Source: Anaerolineales bacterium (GTDB lineage Bacteria; Chloroflexota; Anaerolineae; Anaerolineales; DRKV01). From it: a DNA stretch of 45,869 bases. Position numbers and translations under genes: made by a program. Below are positions 44,849 to 45,869 of the stretch, in pieces (the stretch's first letter is position 1; each line of letters begins with the position of its first letter). A model generated the notes under the pieces. That model searched no databases. It saw nothing but the letters and a program-made list of their open reading frames with translations, and had not been told where the DNA came from. Location: the NCBI GenBank assembly GCA_020061145.1, contig JAGUYX010000088.1, positions 1-45,869 on the forward strand, given 5' to 3'.

Positions 44849-45859
44849 TTATGCGCCACGACCCAGGCGCACTTTTGAATTCTCGCCAATATCCAATTTG
44901 CTTACCTGCCCAATCACTTCTGCCTGATCGCCGATCAACGAGGCCTCCAGGATAACATCCGTGACCCTGGCATCCTTGCCTAAAATGGAGTTCGTCACCA
45001 CACTGTTGTGCACCACACAACCGGGCCCGATCGAGGCATAAGGCCCAATCACCGCATTGGAGATGTTTGCAGTGGGGTCGACATATACCGGTGAGATGAT
45101 CGCCACATCTCGCTGCGTTGGCAAGTCTGGGCTGTTACCGCGCCCATGGTCCAGTAAATAACGGTTGGTTTCCAGCATGGTGGCGGGCACGCCGGCATCC
45201 AGCCAGATATCGACCTTTTGGGTGCGCATTTTCAGGCCTCTTTCGAGCATGATATTGACGGCATCCGCCAGGAAATATTCACCCTTGAGCTGGATTCCCC
45301 GGCGCATCTGCTCCTCAATGGCAGAAACCAGCGCCTCGGCAGAATTAAAATAATAAAATCCGACCACGACCAGGTTATTACTGGTGTCTTGAGGTTTTTC
45401 GACCAGGCGCGTGACCCAGCCATTTTCATCGGTGACTGCCACACCAAAACGCCGGGGGTCCTCCACCGGCTTTACCCAGGCGATTGCCTCAGTTTTTTCA
45501 TCCGCCAGCACGGATAAATGGGTGTCGATCAACGTATCCGCAAAGACCATCAGCATCGGGCCGTGCAAAAATTCCTTTGCCAGGTAAATAGCGTGCGATT
45601 GGCCGCGCATTTCCTGCTGCTCAACATAATGCACCTGTAGATGCGGATAGTGTTGCTCCATGTAAGGTTTAAAGTGCCCTCCCAGGTACCCGACAATAAA
45701 AACCAGCTCGATATTTTCCGGGTCTGGAAGAGTTTGCAACAACTCTAACACATAGTCCAGCACCGTTCCACCGGCAATGCGTAAGAGGGGTTTTGGCTTG
45801 CTCCAGGTATGAGGCCGTAAACGGGTGCCATACCCCGCCATAGGAATCACTACCTTCAA
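44849..45859 (-). CDS. sugar-phosphate nucleotidyltransferase with a C-terminal left-handed beta-helix
   Basis: The N-terminus reads VIPMAGYGTRLRPHTWSKPKPLL, and the C-terminal half has hexapeptide-like repeats. TTG start with an AGGAG RBS. Confidence 0.8.
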   Translation of the reverse strand: MKVVIPMAGYGTRLRPHTWSKPKPLLRIAGGTVLDYVLELLQTLPDPENIELVFIVGYLGGHFKPYMEQHYPHLQVHYVEQQEMRGQSHAIYLAKEFLHGPMLMVFADTLIDTHLSVLADEKTEAIAWVKPVEDPRRFGVAVTDENGWVTRLVEKPQDTSNNLVVVGFYYFNSAEALVSAIEEQMRRGIQLKGEYFLADAVNIMLERGLKMRTQKVDIWLDAGVPATMLETNRYLLDHGRGNSPDLPTQRDVAIISPVYVDPTANISNAVIGPYASIGPGCVVHNSVVTNSILGKDARVTDVILEASLIGDQAEVIGQVSKLDIGENSKVRLGRGA

Positions 45860-45869
45860 AGTCTCCTGG

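Overview
This is a 45.9-kb bacterial chromosomal window. The many MalT/LAL-type regulators and frequent TTG/GTG starts suggest a Chloroflexota/Anaerolineae-like organism, but I could not verify that. It splits into two parts at a tRNA-Ser(CGA) gene (28603-28690). To the right (28.7-45.9 kb) is ordinary core metabolism: rnd, a GNAT, an SPFH/NfeD pair, an Lgt-like protein, a two-gene NAD synthetase, an MFS transporter, a deoxynucleoside kinase, a PEP/pyruvate-binding protein, dnaN, gdh, gatB, an aminotransferase and a sugar nucleotidyltransferase. To the left (0.4-28.3 kb) is an accessory-looking region, patchily AT-richer and almost entirely on the minus strand. It holds three things worth following up. 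(1) A tightly packed 16-gene cluster (504-11805) is built around an ECF sigma/anti-sigma pair. It contains small secreted two-Cys proteins, a hairpin, and an immunity-type ABC transporter whose ATPase has an E-loop. It also contains a MauE/DoxX protein, a MauD-like stub, a beta-propeller lipoprotein, a signal-less 16-Cys LytM-like protein and a Tat-signal protein. (2) A roughly 100-bp element is repeated upstream of two secreted-protein operons. (3) A paralogous cassette occurs two and a half times: a leaderless LAL (MalT/LuxR) regulator, a small conserved 89-99 aa protein, polytopic membrane protein(s) and an NAD(P) oxidoreductase. It shows a chimeric truncated regulator, a deleted remnant of the small gene, and a conserved 35-nt leader in front of unrelated membrane genes. 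I found no CRISPR array, transposase, integrase or recognisable phage or defence gene. All functional calls rest on motifs read by eye. No database search was possible.
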